Program-made: the position numbers and the translations under genes | In this document: one piece after another, positions 24,722 to 35,620 of the stretch | Numbering within the stretch: the first letter of the stretch is position 1 | Layout: each line of letters starts with the position of its first letter | Notes under the pieces: model-generated | Database searches by the model: none | What the model was told of the DNA's origin: nothing | The model's input: the letters and a program-made list of their open reading frames with translations, nothing else | NCBI GenBank assembly: GCA_965242865.1 | Contig: CBDETK010000013.1 | Location: 4,192,001 to 4,256,000, forward strand | Length of the DNA stretch: 64,000 bases | Origin: Candidatus Latescibacterota bacterium | Lineage (GTDB): Bacteria; Latescibacterota; UBA2968; UBA8231 | Direction of reading: 5' to 3'

Positions 24722-26837
24722 GTGGTCAGATAGCCAGCTCCAGCTAGCAGGCCCCCGCGTAGTCCTGGTCCTGCTGCCCTTCCTACTCGCATTCGTTTAC
24801 TGGGTATATCAGCGGACGTACCCGGACGTTGAGCCTAAGACCCGCATGGTGCTCGTGGGGTTGCGCGGCGCGGCCGTGGCCTTGCTGGCCATGGTGTTGT
24901 GCGAGCCGGTTTTGACGTGGTGGCACCAGCGGGTCGTCCGGCCGCTGGTGCTGGTATTGGTCGATACCAGTCCGAGTATGCGGGTGGCCGGGTCTTCCTC
25001 GCGCCTGCAACAGGCGGCGGCCGTACTAGGGGACGAGCGTTGGTCGGCGCGCTTGCAGCAGGCCGAAGTCCGCGCTTGGGGGTTTGCCGAGTCTGCGTAT
25101 CCGCTCGCGCTCGATACGATTGCGGCTGCCAGTACGCACGGGCAGGCCACCGATATAGGCCGCGCCCTGGCGGCCAGCTTGGAGGCGGTCGCCGAGCAGG
25201 AGCGCGTGCAAGGCGTGGTCCTATTTTCCGACGGAGGCCACAACTTAGGCCGCGACCCAGTGCAGCTAAGCGCGGAACTGGGCGTCCCGGTGTACGCGCT
25301 CGGCGTGGGGGGCGAGGAAGTGCCCGTTGATGTCCAGCTCGTGGATGTACATATACCGGAGACCGGATACGTCGGTCGGCGTCAGCAAATCGACGCCAAG
25401 GTGCGAAGCTGGGGCTATGAAGGGCAGCGCGTGGAAGTCCAGCTCTACGAGGGCGAGCGGTTGCTCGAGAGACAATCCCTGCGGTTGGAGAGCGATGGGC
25501 AGGTGCAGCGCGTCTCGTTTGCGGTGACGCCCCAGCAGCCCGGGCCGCGCATTTTCCGCGTGGTCGTCGCGCCCGTGGCCGGGGAGTTCGCGACAGCCGA
25601 CAACGAAGCACTCGCGGCTACCCACATTCTCGCCGGGCGCACCCGGGTGCTGCTGCTAGCCGGAGGCCCCAGCGAAGACTTGGCCTTTTTGCGCCGCAGT
25701 TTGAGCGCGGATTCGAGCTGGGTCGTTGAGGCCCTGATTCAGCGAGAGCCCGACTCGTTCTACGGCGGGGCGTGGAATCCAGAGCTTTTGCAGGGGAGGG
25801 ACGTGGTGGTGCTGGTCAATCCGGGCGCGTGGCTGCTCAACGGCCCGCCCGCCCCCGCGTTGGTCCAGCACGTGCAGGCTGGCGCGGGTTTGCTCGTCGT
25901 CGGTGGCCCCAAGCTGGCGCGGGCGTGGCGGCCCGACTCGCCGCTCGCCGAGCTCATGCCGCTTCAAGTGGCTGGCCCCGCGCCCTTTGCGTCGGGCGAG
26001 GTTTTGTTGCGGCTCAGCGCGGCCGGCCGGCGTCATCCGGTCGTGCGCCAGCCGGTGGGCGCGGACGATTTGTGGCTGCGGTTGCCGCCGCTGCCGGGCT
26101 ACTTTCGCACATCTCAGCAGCGGCCGGGCACCACCGTGCTCGTCGAAAGCACGGCCGGTCAGCCGGTCATAGCGGCGGGTGCCTATCGCGAGGGCAAGGT
26201 CATTGCGGCCCTGTCCGCGTCTTTTTGGCGACTCGACCTGATGAGCAGCGGCGTCGATGGTCAGCCGCAGACCATTCGGACGTTCTGGCAGGCCGCGGCC
26301 AAGTGGCTCGCGCTCAACGCTCCAAGCGGGCGGGTCCGCGCCTCGACCGAGCGGCCCGTGCATCGGGCGGGCGAAGAAGTGGTTTTCGCGGTGCAGGTCT
26401 TCGACGAATTGCTGCGACCGCAGTCCGGGGCGACCGTGCAGGTCGCGCTGGCCGGGCGGGAAGCGTTCGATTTGCAATCCCAAGGGGCCGGTCACTACCG
26501 AGGCGTCGTGCGGGGGCTGGCCCCCGGCACCTATGAATACGAGGTGCGGGCCGCAGCGGGCGCGGTTACGGGTCGCTTTGTCGTCGAAGAGTATAGCATT
26601 GAGCTGGGGGATTTGCACGCCGATCCGCTGCTCTTGGGCGAGTTGGCCCGCGCCAGCGGTGGCCGCGCCTATCCGCTCGCGGACTGGGAGGACCTGCTGG
26701 AGCAGCTCGCGCCGCGCCAGCGCTGGGTCGAGAAGGCCGAGGTGCTGCCGCTGTGGGGGCCGCTGTGGCCCGCGCTCGTGGCGGTCGCCCTGTTGGCCGC
26801 CGAGTGGTTTGGCCGCAAGCGCAGCGGCATGATCTGA
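24714..26837 (+). CDS. Membrane protein with vWA (MIDAS), Ig-like and glutamine-amidotransferase-like domains
   Basis: 2 N-terminal TMs, DTSPS...TD...SDG, DNE linker, GLLVVGG, LARASGG, C-terminal TM with EW..RKR.G. Confidence 0.75.
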   Translation: MSEWSDSQLQLAGPRVVLVLLPFLLAFVYWVYQRTYPDVEPKTRMVLVGLRGAAVALLAMVLCEPVLTWWHQRVVRPLVLVLVDTSPSMRVAGSSSRLQQAAAVLGDERWSARLQQAEVRAWGFAESAYPLALDTIAAASTHGQATDIGRALAASLEAVAEQERVQGVVLFSDGGHNLGRDPVQLSAELGVPVYALGVGGEEVPVDVQLVDVHIPETGYVGRRQQIDAKVRSWGYEGQRVEVQLYEGERLLERQSLRLESDGQVQRVSFAVTPQQPGPRIFRVVVAPVAGEFATADNEALAATHILAGRTRVLLLAGGPSEDLAFLRRSLSADSSWVVEALIQREPDSFYGGAWNPELLQGRDVVVLVNPGAWLLNGPPAPALVQHVQAGAGLLVVGGPKLARAWRPDSPLAELMPLQVAGPAPFASGEVLLRLSAAGRRHPVVRQPVGADDLWLRLPPLPGYFRTSQQRPGTTVLVESTAGQPVIAAGAYREGKVIAALSASFWRLDLMSSGVDGQPQTIRTFWQAAAKWLALNAPSGRVRASTERPVHRAGEEVVFAVQVFDELLRPQSGATVQVALAGREAFDLQSQGAGHYRGVVRGLAPGTYEYEVRAAAGAVTGRFVVEEYSIELGDLHADPLLLGELARASGGRAYPLADWEDLLEQLAPRQRWVEKAEVLPLWGPLWPALVAVALLAAEWFGRKRSGMI

Positions 26838-26944
26838 CGCGCCGCAAGGTGCAAAAAATCGCGGTTTTGTTTATTTTAGGGCATCCCCTCTCCAATCCGA
26901 TTGATCGCTGCTCAACCCAAGGTACTAGCGGAGTCTGTGGCTCT

Positions 26945-29242
26945 ATGTCCGAGTTTGTGCTCATGCCCAAGGGCGAAAAAAGGCCCCAAGTGTTAGGGGT
27001 GCTCCTCCTCGGCCTCGGCGCGTTTTTGCTCGTCTGTTTGATGTCCCATTCGCCGGATGACCGCCCCAATTCGAGTCGGTCGGTGGCGGAGAGTTTGAAT
27101 TGGGGCGGCTGGATCGGCGCGTACGCGTCTTACGGGGCCTTTGCCGGCATGGGGCTGGCCGCGTACGTCTGGCCCATGCTGTTGTTGCTGTGGGGTTGGA
27201 ATAGGGTGCGTTGCCAGTCGGTGGCTTTTGCGGTACAGCGCAGTGTGGGGCTTTTGTTTATGGCCATCTTCATCAGCGTCGCTACGGGCCTGCCCGATTA
27301 TTCGCTGGGCACGGCCTACGCGCTGGGCGGCGTGTTGGGGACCCAGATTAGCGTGGATTTTCTCATACCGTACTTGGGGCGGCTGGGATCGGCCGTGTTG
27401 CTGAGTGCGCTCTTTGTGGTGGCGATGATTTTGACCCCCGGGCTAAACTGGCGGCTGTTGGCGTGGCTGGGCGCGGGCGTGGTGGCTGGCTGGCGGTGGT
27501 TCGGGCGGCTGCGCGTCCCCCGCCTCGTTAGGCCCAAGAGCAAAGCGACAAACCGGAACCGGGACGAAGTCGCCATGGTGCGAGAACCGCGGTCCGCGAT
27601 AAGCCGGCCGCCTCGGGTTGAGGATGGGGATGCGGCACCTCGGAAGCCCATGGTTGAAGAGGTGGCCGCGGCCGAGCCGGTACGCGTGGAGCGGCGAGAG
27701 CGCAAGAAGAAAAGAAAGAAACCGGCGGTTGAAGAGGCGGCGCGTCAACCAGAGAAGGCCGAACCTGCCCGCAAGCCGGCCGAAGCTCGTTACCAGCTCC
27801 CGAGTGCCGCGTTGCTAGAGGAGGTGCCGGCCGACCGCAGCCGCGTTTCTAAGGAGACCTTGCTGGAAAACGCCAAGCTGCTGGAGGGTGCGTTGGAAAA
27901 TTTCGACGTGGTGGGCAAGGTCGTAGAGGTCAGCCCCGGGCCGGTCGTGACGCGCTACGAGGTGGAGCCCGCCCCAGGCGTCAAGGTCAATCGCATCGCC
28001 GCGCTCTCAGACGATCTCGCCCGCGTGATGAGCGCGAAGGGCATTCGCATTCAAGCCCCGGTGCCGGGGAAATCCGTGGTGGGGGTGGAGATTGCCAACC
28101 AAGAGCGGGAGACCGTGTACTTGCGCGAGATCATTGAAGACGAGGTGTTCAGCCGGTCGGATTCTAAGCTGGTCATGGCGTTGGGCAAGACGATTGCGGG
28201 CGAGCCGTGTGCCGCAGATTTGACCAAAATGCCCCATCTATTGGTCGCCGGCGCCACCGGCGCTGGCAAGAGCGTGTGTCTAAACAGCCTGATTTGCAGC
28301 ATTCTCTTCAAGGCCACGCCAGACGAAGTGCGCTTTATCATGGTGGATCCCAAGGTCGTCGAACTGATGATGTACAACGATGTACCGCACTTGGTGGATC
28401 CGGTCATCACCGAGCCCAAGAAGGCTGCATTGGCCTTGAAGTGGGCCGTGACCGAAATGGAAGCGCGCTACCAGAAGCTGGCCAAGCTCGGAGTGCGGAG
28501 TCTGGCCGATTACAATGCCAAGCTGGTGCGCGTCCAAGCCGAGGGCGAGGGGGAGGAAGACGGCGTCGAGCCTGAAAAGCCGCTGCCGTACATCGTGATC
28601 GTAATCGACGAATTCGCCGATTTGATGCTGACGGCCCCCGCCGATGTGGAGACCTCCCTGATGGGGTTGGCTCAGAAGTCGCGGGCCGTGGGCATTCACA
28701 TCATCTTGGCCACCCAGCGGCCTTCGGTGAACGTGATTACCGGGGTGATCAAGGCCAACTTCCCCTCGCGCATTGCCTTCCAAGTGGCGTCCAAGACGGA
28801 CTCACGCACGATTCTCGATCTCAACGGGGCCGAGCGGCTTTTGGGGATGGGCGATATGCTCTTTCTGCCGAGCGGCCAAGGCGAGCCAGTCCGCGTCCAC
28901 GGGGCCTTCATTTCTGGCGAGGAAACCGAGCGTTTGGTTGGGGCATTGAAGGAGAGCGGGTACGAGGCCGAGAAAATTGCGGTGTTTTCCGAGCAGATGG
29001 ATATGAACGCGGGCGCCAACATGCGCGACGACCTCTTTGACGAGGCCGTGCGCTTAGTCTGCGAACACCAGCAGGCTTCCACGTCGTTTTTGCAGCGGCG
29101 CTTGAAGGTTGGTTACTCCCGGGCCGCGCGGCTGATGGACGAGTTGGAGGCCGCCGGCATCGTCGGGCCGATCGAGGGGGCTAAGCCGCGCCAGATTCTG
29201 GTCGAAAGTGCGGAGTTCGCGGAAGAACAGGTGAACGGATGA
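26945..29242 (+). CDS. ftsK: DNA translocase FtsK
   Basis: 4TM N-terminus, GPVVTRYE, PHLLVAGATGAGKS, DPKVVEL, IDEFADL, ATQRPS, gamma domain QRRLKVGYSRAARLMD. Start 26945 or 26963. Confidence 0.96.
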   Translation: MSEFVLMPKGEKRPQVLGVLLLGLGAFLLVCLMSHSPDDRPNSSRSVAESLNWGGWIGAYASYGAFAGMGLAAYVWPMLLLLWGWNRVRCQSVAFAVQRSVGLLFMAIFISVATGLPDYSLGTAYALGGVLGTQISVDFLIPYLGRLGSAVLLSALFVVAMILTPGLNWRLLAWLGAGVVAGWRWFGRLRVPRLVRPKSKATNRNRDEVAMVREPRSAISRPPRVEDGDAAPRKPMVEEVAAAEPVRVERRERKKKRKKPAVEEAARQPEKAEPARKPAEARYQLPSAALLEEVPADRSRVSKETLLENAKLLEGALENFDVVGKVVEVSPGPVVTRYEVEPAPGVKVNRIAALSDDLARVMSAKGIRIQAPVPGKSVVGVEIANQERETVYLREIIEDEVFSRSDSKLVMALGKTIAGEPCAADLTKMPHLLVAGATGAGKSVCLNSLICSILFKATPDEVRFIMVDPKVVELMMYNDVPHLVDPVITEPKKAALALKWAVTEMEARYQKLAKLGVRSLADYNAKLVRVQAEGEGEEDGVEPEKPLPYIVIVIDEFADLMLTAPADVETSLMGLAQKSRAVGIHIILATQRPSVNVITGVIKANFPSRIAFQVASKTDSRTILDLNGAERLLGMGDMLFLPSGQGEPVRVHGAFISGEETERLVGALKESGYEAEKIAVFSEQMDMNAGANMRDDLFDEAVRLVCEHQQASTSFLQRRLKVGYSRAARLMDELEAAGIVGPIEGAKPRQILVESAEFAEEQVNG

Positions 29243-29883
29243 GATGGTCGTTGGGGGCTGCTTTTTGTTTGGGCTTGACGGCGAGCGCGGCCCTCGGACA
29301 GAGCGGCGAAGAAATCATCGCCAGGGTGCAGAAGCGGCTTGATAGCTACAAGACGTTTTCGGCTCGCTTTGAAAAGCAATTCTACTGGGCGGTGCTAGAC
29401 AAGTACCGCAGCCGCGAGGGCCGAATTTACCTGCGCCGCCCGAACCGCTTTCGCATTGAGCTGGAAGGCGGCGATGTGGTTGTGGCCGACGGCGAGGCTG
29501 TCTGGTCGTATGTCGTCCACAACGGCCAAGTGGTGGTCAGCCCGTACCAAGCCGAAATAAAGACCCCGTGGGAAGTGTTTTTCGACTATACCGAGCGCTA
29601 TGTGTCCATTGCGGTGGAGGAAAGCGCGCTGGGGGGGCGGCCCTGCTACTTGCTGATTATGGCGCCGGAAAACAAAGCCTCGGCCATCGAGCAGATGCGG
29701 GTCTGGGTGACGCCGAGAGGGTGGCATCTCCTGCAAGTGGAGCAGCGCGAGGCCAATGGCAATCGCACCGCGTACGTGCTCAGAGAGCACCGCATCAACA
29801 AGAAAATTGCCGATGAGGTCTTTTCTTTTCAGGTGCCCGAAGGGGTAGAGGTGCTGGACACGAGGGAACCTCCCGTTGAATAA
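29239..29883 (+). CDS. lolA: Outer-membrane lipoprotein carrier LolA family
   Basis: Signal peptide, RPNRFR, VVADG..VW.Y, F.F.VPEGVEVLD; conserved position after ftsK. Confidence 0.88.
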   Translation: MRWSLGAAFCLGLTASAALGQSGEEIIARVQKRLDSYKTFSARFEKQFYWAVLDKYRSREGRIYLRRPNRFRIELEGGDVVVADGEAVWSYVVHNGQVVVSPYQAEIKTPWEVFFDYTERYVSIAVEESALGGRPCYLLIMAPENKASAIEQMRVWVTPRGWHLLQVEQREANGNRTAYVLREHRINKKIADEVFSFQVPEGVEVLDTREPPVE

Positions 29884-31540
29884 GGGGCGGCGGTGGTGGT
29901 GCGCGGCCTTGCTGATCCATGCGGGGGCCTTGGGGGTGGCGGCGGACCAGAACATCTGGATTCTGTTGCGCGACAAAACAGATGCCCACGGCCGGCGCAT
30001 CGCTTGGATGGAGTTGGGGGCCGGTCATTCGGACGCAGAGTTGGACTTACCCGTCCGCGAGGACTATGTCAAACGCCTGCGGGAAATGGAGGTGGTGGTG
30101 CGCTTTTCCTCGCGTTGGCTCAACGCCGTCAGCGCGTGCGTCTCGCCCGAGGTGCAGCCCCGAGTGCAAGCCGCGGACTTTGTCGTGGCAACGCGGCCCG
30201 TCCAGCGCATGCAGCGGCCCAGCCCGCCGCCGCCGCCGCTTGCCAGCCCCAAGTTGCTGCAAAACCGCTATGGCCTCGCCTTGGACCCGTTGGCCCAAAT
30301 CGCCGTTCCCCTCCTACACGACCGCGGTTTTACAGGGGCTGGGGTGCATATCGCCCTGCTTGACAACGGCTTTCACTACGCCGAGCATGCCGCCTTTGAT
30401 TCCATGCGCGTGGTGGCCGAGCGCGACTTTGTCAACGGCGACCGGGTCGTCGGCGATGAAGCCGATCAACCCATCACCGGCGACGAAACGAGCGGCAGCC
30501 AAAACGTGCACGGCGCGCAAGTACTGTCCCTGCTGGCAGGCTACCACCCGGACCACTTTATCGGCGTGGCACCCGACGCCGAGTACATTTTGGCCAAGAC
30601 CGAACTAGACGACACCTTGCCCGAGTTGCCGGCCGAGGAAGATCGCTGGATCGCCGGCTTGGAATGGGCGGACAGCTTAGGGGCGCAGGTGGTCAACAGT
30701 TCGCTGGGCTACAATCGGTGGGACGACGGCACGGGGTACTCGCCAGCGGATCTGGACGGGCAAACCGCGCTGACGAGCGTGGCCGCGGCGCTGGCGGTGC
30801 GGCGCGGCATCGTGGTGGTGGTGGCTGCGGGCAATGAGGCCAACCGAGATTGGCACTACATAACCGCGCCGGCCGATGCGGACGGCGCGATTGCGGTGGG
30901 AGCAGTCGATGTGCCCGGCCGCGACGAGCGCGTACCGCAGATTGCCTCCTTTAGCTCGCGGGGGCCGACAGCCGATGGGCGGATTAAGCCGGATGTGGTC
31001 GCGCCCGGCCGCGGCGTAATCGTAGCGGACCCGCGCGGTGGCGGCTACGTAACCCAGGATGGCACTTCCTTTGCGACCCCCTTGGTGAGTGGGGTGTGCG
31101 CCCTGTTGCTGCAAATCCATCCCGACTGGACGCCGCACCAAGTGCTGGAGGCTTTGCGCTCGACCGCGCTGGACTTGGGCGCGGCCGGCCCCGACACGGT
31201 GTATGGCTGGGGGCAGATCAACGCGCTGGCGGCCAGTGGGCTTTCCGCGGACCGGCCGGAGGAGGACCGGCTGTTGGCCCCCTTTCCCAATCCAGCGCGC
31301 GCCGGAGCGGTGCATTTTCCCGTGCAGCTAGCCGAGCGCGGCCCCGTTGAGTTGAGCGTTTTTGACGCGGCCGGCCGATTGGTGTTTGCCGAGCGGTGGC
31401 TGCTGTGGCCGGGCCGGCACATCCAACCGGGCCGAGCCCCGCGCTGGACGCCGGCCCGAGCGGTGGCTAACGGGATATACTTCTATACATTGCGGTTGCC
31501 CAACCGCCGGCACTGGGGCAAAATTGCCTTGGTGCGCTAG
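29876..31540 (+). CDS. Secreted S8 subtilisin-like serine peptidase with FlgD-Ig/T9SS-like C-terminus
   Basis: Catalytic triad LLDNG, HGAQV, GTSFATP; AAGNE; PFPNP...NGIYFY tail. Confidence 0.92.
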   Translation: MNKGRRWWCAALLIHAGALGVAADQNIWILLRDKTDAHGRRIAWMELGAGHSDAELDLPVREDYVKRLREMEVVVRFSSRWLNAVSACVSPEVQPRVQAADFVVATRPVQRMQRPSPPPPPLASPKLLQNRYGLALDPLAQIAVPLLHDRGFTGAGVHIALLDNGFHYAEHAAFDSMRVVAERDFVNGDRVVGDEADQPITGDETSGSQNVHGAQVLSLLAGYHPDHFIGVAPDAEYILAKTELDDTLPELPAEEDRWIAGLEWADSLGAQVVNSSLGYNRWDDGTGYSPADLDGQTALTSVAAALAVRRGIVVVVAAGNEANRDWHYITAPADADGAIAVGAVDVPGRDERVPQIASFSSRGPTADGRIKPDVVAPGRGVIVADPRGGGYVTQDGTSFATPLVSGVCALLLQIHPDWTPHQVLEALRSTALDLGAAGPDTVYGWGQINALAASGLSADRPEEDRLLAPFPNPARAGAVHFPVQLAERGPVELSVFDAAGRLVFAERWLLWPGRHIQPGRAPRWTPARAVANGIYFYTLRLPNRRHWGKIALVR

Positions 31541-31557
31541 GGGGCCGAGGAAACGCC

Positions 31558-32085
31558 ATGGTGGTTTCAGCAAGCGAGCGCAAGAAGCAGCTCAACAAAC
31601 GCCTGCGGCTGCTCAACCGAGTCGTTTTGGGCGGCGCGACCCTGTTTGTGCCGATTTACATTGGGGTGAGCCTGACGGGCGGGTCGGCGGACAAGCTGGA
31701 AAACCTGACCCACTTGTTCACCAACATCAACAACCAAGTTGCGCTGACAGTGCCGCCAGACGGGGTGCGCTACATGTACTTTTTTCACGGCTCGCCCGAC
31801 GAAGGCCACAAATTCGTACTCATCAACGTGCGATTGCAGGTAAATTTGCAACTCGCGTGGGCGATTGTGCCGCGGTGTTTTCAGCTCGTTGACGACCGCG
31901 GGCGGCGCTATTATCCGCGGTCGCGATCGCCGTTTTTCATTGAACACAGCGACGAGCTCGAGGGAGCGTGCGGCGCGGTGTACGAGGGGCAGTTGCTCTT
32001 TGAAATACCCGCTGAGCGCCAGCACGACAGCCTCCTTTTTGATCGCTATAACGAAACCGAGGAAGACGACAATGGCCACGATTGA
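31558..32085 (+). CDS. Membrane-anchored DUF4352-like Ig-fold protein
   Basis: Single TM; P.EG.KFVL.NV, F.LVDD.G..Y, G.L.FEIP pattern. Confidence 0.6.
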   Translation: MVVSASERKKQLNKRLRLLNRVVLGGATLFVPIYIGVSLTGGSADKLENLTHLFTNINNQVALTVPPDGVRYMYFFHGSPDEGHKFVLINVRLQVNLQLAWAIVPRCFQLVDDRGRRYYPRSRSPFFIEHSDELEGACGAVYEGQLLFEIPAERQHDSLLFDRYNETEEDDNGHD

Positions 32086-33161
32086 GGAACAGTTGGCGAG
32101 CGGGCGGCAGCAACTAGAGCGGTTGCGAGGGTATCTTTGACATAAGCGGCAAAAAGGAAGAGCTCGCCGCGCTAGAAAAGCGCATGGCGGGCGCGGACTT
32201 TTGGAACGACCGGCGGCAGGCCGAATCCGTCGGCAAGGCGGCGCGCCTCCTCAAGGACACCATCGCGGATTGGGAGACCTTGAACGCGCAGTTGGAGGAC
32301 CTAGACCAACTGCATCAGATGGCGGCCGAAGAGGGCGATGCCGAGGCGCGGACCGAGATCGAGGCCGAGGTCGAGGGCGTCATGCAGGGCATTGGCAAAT
32401 TGGAGTTCTGCACGATGCTCAACGACGAGGACGACCCCAAGAACGCGATTCTCGTCATTCACTCGGGGGCCGGGGGCACGGACGCGGCCGAATGGGCGTC
32501 GATGTTGATGCGCTTGTACATGCGCTGGACCGAGCGCCACGGCATGGAGTGCGCGGTCGTAGAGCTGCAGCCGGCCGAGGAAGCGGGCATCAAGGGCGCG
32601 ACCATTGAGATTAAAGGGGATTATGCTTATGGCCACCTCAAGGCCGAGGCCGGCGTCCATCGCTTGGTGCGGCTCTCGCCGTTTGACACCAGTCGCCGCC
32701 GGCACACTTCGTTTGCTTCGGTGTTTGTCTATCCAGAGGTCGAAGACGATATCGAGGTGGAGCTCAACGACGAGGACGTCAAGATCGAAACGTACCGCTC
32801 CGGGGGTGCGGGGGGCCAACACGTGAACAAAACCGCCTCGGCCGTGCGGGTCACGCATCGGCCCACCGGCATTGTCGTCCAGTGCCAAAACGAGCGCTCG
32901 CAGTTCAAGAACAAAGCCACTGCGTTTAAGGTGCTGAAGTCGCGCCTGTACCAGCACTTCAAAAACGAACAGAAGCAAAAGCAGCTCGCGGTGGAGAGCA
33001 CCAAAAAGCGCATTGACTTTGGCTCGCAGATCCGCTCCTACGTGTTCCATCCGTACACCATCGTCAAGGACCACCGCACCGCTTGCGAAACGGCCAATGC
33101 CCAAGCGGTAATGGACGGCGACATCGACCGATTCATTCGGGCCTATTTGACCGAGGGATAA
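32072..33161 (+). CDS. prfB: Peptide chain release factor 2, programmed +1 frameshift at 32135-32141
   Basis: MATIEEQL...LRGYL then CTT-TGA-C with AGGG upstream; the +1 frame continues DISGKKEEL... into the ORF with SPF, GGQ and GSQIRSY. Confidence 0.97.
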
Positions 33162-33163
33162 CC

Positions 33164-34429
33164 GTGAGCATTGCCTTGTTTGTCGCCGGCCGCTACCTGC
33201 GCTCCAAGCAGCGCGAGGGATTCTTCTCGGTTATCGCGTACATGGCCGTCGGTGGGGTTATTTTGGGAGTAGCGGCTTTGGTGATCATCCTCTCGGTGAC
33301 CAATGGGTTTGCCGGCGAAGTCAAAAATCGCCTGATCGGCATGAACGCCCATGTCAACGTGCGCCGCTTTGACGGCGGCCCCATCGCCGGCTGGAACGCG
33401 CTGCTCCAGCAGGTGACCGGGGCGGTCGGGGTCGTGGGCGCGGCCCCGGTCGTGGACGCCAAGGTCATTATTGCCTCCCAGCTCGACTTGGGCCGGGTCG
33501 ATGGCATTCCCGTGTGGGGCATTGATCCGGCGACTTTTCCCGCTGTCTCCGACCTGACCGAACACCTGCGCTACGCCGATCCCAAAGGGCAGCTGCGCCT
33601 CGGGTTGCTCGCCGAGCTCGACAAGCGGGGGATTGTCCTCGGCGAGTACTTGGCGCGGCGCTTGCACGTGGGGCCGGGGTCTGAGGTGCTGCTGATGACG
33701 GTGCAAAATCTCGACGTAGAAGCCGCTGTGATGGACGGCTTCGCGCCGCGTCCTTGGTCCTTTTTCGTGACCGATCACTTTGAAAGCGGCATGTACCAGT
33801 ACGACGACAACTATGCTTTTATTTTGTTAGAGGACGCCCAGCGTATGCTCGAATTGGGCGATGCGATTACCGACATTCACATCCGCGTCCAAGACATCTA
33901 CCAAGCACCTGAGATCCGCGCCCTCCTAGCCGAGGAGTTGGGCTATCCCTACCAAGTGCGCGATTGGACCCAGCTTTTTCCCGAGTTCTTCCGCTGGATT
34001 GAGTTGGAAAAATGGGCGATCTTCCTCGCGCTGAGCCTCATCGTGCTGGTCGCGGCCTTTAACATCATGTCGATCTTGGTCATGTCGGTGCTGATCAAGA
34101 CGCCCGAGATCGGCATCTTGCGGACGATAGGTTGCACCGTGGGCGAGATTTATCGCATTTTTATTTATCAGGGCTTGGTCATTGGCGGCATCGGCACTGT
34201 ATTGGGCTGCTTGATCGGCTTCGCGCTCTGCTGGGCCCAACAGCACTTTGCCCTGATTTCCATTCCCGGGGACATGTACTTCATCAGCTCGTTGCCCGTG
34301 GACATGGACGTTGTGGATTTCGCACTGGTGGCGGCAATCAGCATGGTCATCTGCTTGGCGACGTCGATTTATCCAGCGCGCAAGGCCGCTGGGTTAATGC
34401 CCGTAGAAGCTATTCGATATATAATGTAA
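33164..34429 (+). CDS. Lipoprotein-releasing ABC transporter permease LolC/E
   Basis: RYLR, GVAALVIILSV.NGF, LVAAFNI, EIGILR, YPARKAA...PVEAIRY. Confidence 0.93.
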   Translation: MSIALFVAGRYLRSKQREGFFSVIAYMAVGGVILGVAALVIILSVTNGFAGEVKNRLIGMNAHVNVRRFDGGPIAGWNALLQQVTGAVGVVGAAPVVDAKVIIASQLDLGRVDGIPVWGIDPATFPAVSDLTEHLRYADPKGQLRLGLLAELDKRGIVLGEYLARRLHVGPGSEVLLMTVQNLDVEAAVMDGFAPRPWSFFVTDHFESGMYQYDDNYAFILLEDAQRMLELGDAITDIHIRVQDIYQAPEIRALLAEELGYPYQVRDWTQLFPEFFRWIELEKWAIFLALSLIVLVAAFNIMSILVMSVLIKTPEIGILRTIGCTVGEIYRIFIYQGLVIGGIGTVLGCLIGFALCWAQQHFALISIPGDMYFISSLPVDMDVVDFALVAAISMVICLATSIYPARKAAGLMPVEAIRYIM

Positions 34430-35121
34430 TGGTACAAAAAGCCGACATCATCCTTGAAGCGTGCGGTTTGCGCAAGGTATTCAACACCGGCGGCGAGGGC
34501 TTGGAAGTGCTCAAGGGCGTGGACTTAGTGGTGCGGGCGGGCGAATTGGTCGCGGTGATGGGCGAGTCTGGAGTGGGCAAGAGCACCTTGCTGCACCTGT
34601 TGGGGACGCTCGACCTGCCGACGGCCGGCCAGTTGCGGATCGCGGGCACGGACGTGCTCAATCTCGGGGATCAGGCCCTGTCGCGCTTTCGCAATCGGCA
34701 CATTGGCTTTGTATTCCAATTTCACTACCTGCTGCCGGAATTTACCGCGTTGGAAAACGTCTTGCTGCCGGCGCGGGTCGCTGGCGTCGATCGCCGCCGG
34801 GAGGTCCTCGAGCTGATGGATTTCGTCGGCCTAGCAGACCGCTTGCACCACCGGCCCGGGGCGCTGTCCGGCGGCGAGTGCCAGCGGGTGGCCATGGTGC
34901 GAGCGCTGGCCACCCAGCCCTTGGTCGTGCTGGCCGACGAGCCATCGGGCAATCTCGACGAGCGGGCCAGCGAGTCATTGCACGAGCTGCTCGCCGAGTT
35001 GGCGCGGGAGCGCGGGCAGGCTTTTGTGGTGATGACGCACGACCGCAAATTGGCCCAGAGCATGGATCGCCGGGGGCGCATAGAAGCAGGTGTATTGTAC
35101 ATGGAAGGCGGCGCGCCATGA
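34429..35121 (+). CDS. lolD: Lipoprotein-releasing ABC transporter ATPase
   Basis: GESGVGKST, GFVFQFHYLLPEF, LSGGE, DEPSGNLD. Confidence 0.93.
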   Translation: MVQKADIILEACGLRKVFNTGGEGLEVLKGVDLVVRAGELVAVMGESGVGKSTLLHLLGTLDLPTAGQLRIAGTDVLNLGDQALSRFRNRHIGFVFQFHYLLPEFTALENVLLPARVAGVDRRREVLELMDFVGLADRLHHRPGALSGGECQRVAMVRALATQPLVVLADEPSGNLDERASESLHELLAELARERGQAFVVMTHDRKLAQSMDRRGRIEAGVLYMEGGAP

Positions 35122-35618
35122 AATGCGGAGTGTGCGCCCAGCGCGAAGCCGTAGTGGCCTATACTCATATCGTTGACGACGTCAAACAGACGCTCTTGCT
35201 CTGCCAAGAGTGCGCGGGCAAAAAAAATATCAAGGTGCAGGTGACCCCGGCGGTCCCGGTCAAAGAAGTGCCGGTGCTGGTGAAGGAGGTCAAGATAGAA
35301 TTGGCCAAGTTGGCCAGTGCCGAAGGCGACGGGGGAGCGCGCTGTCCAACGTGTGCGATGAGCTACGAGGAGTTCAAGAAAATTGGGCGTCTCGGTTGCT
35401 CGCATTGCTACGAAGCCTTCGCCCCCCAGCTAGCGCGCCTGCTCAAGCGGATTCACGGCGACGACAAGCACCGGGGCAAGGGGCCGATGGAAGTGGCCCA
35501 ACGCGCGGCCGACGAACTGGAGCACTTGCGCGAAAAGCTGACCCAAGCCGTAGCAGAGGAAGCCTTTGAAAAGGCCGCTCAACTCAGGGACCGCATCCGC
35601 GTCCTCGAGGGAAAATAG
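35118..35618 (+). CDS. mcsA: McsA arginine-kinase activator
   Basis: Four CxxC motifs, GRLGCSHCY, IHG...H.GK.P, C-terminal UVR motif (EAFEKAAQLRDRI). Confidence 0.93.
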   Translation: MKCGVCAQREAVVAYTHIVDDVKQTLLLCQECAGKKNIKVQVTPAVPVKEVPVLVKEVKIELAKLASAEGDGGARCPTCAMSYEEFKKIGRLGCSHCYEAFAPQLARLLKRIHGDDKHRGKGPMEVAQRAADELEHLREKLTQAVAEEAFEKAAQLRDRIRVLEGK

Positions 35619-35620
35619 CT

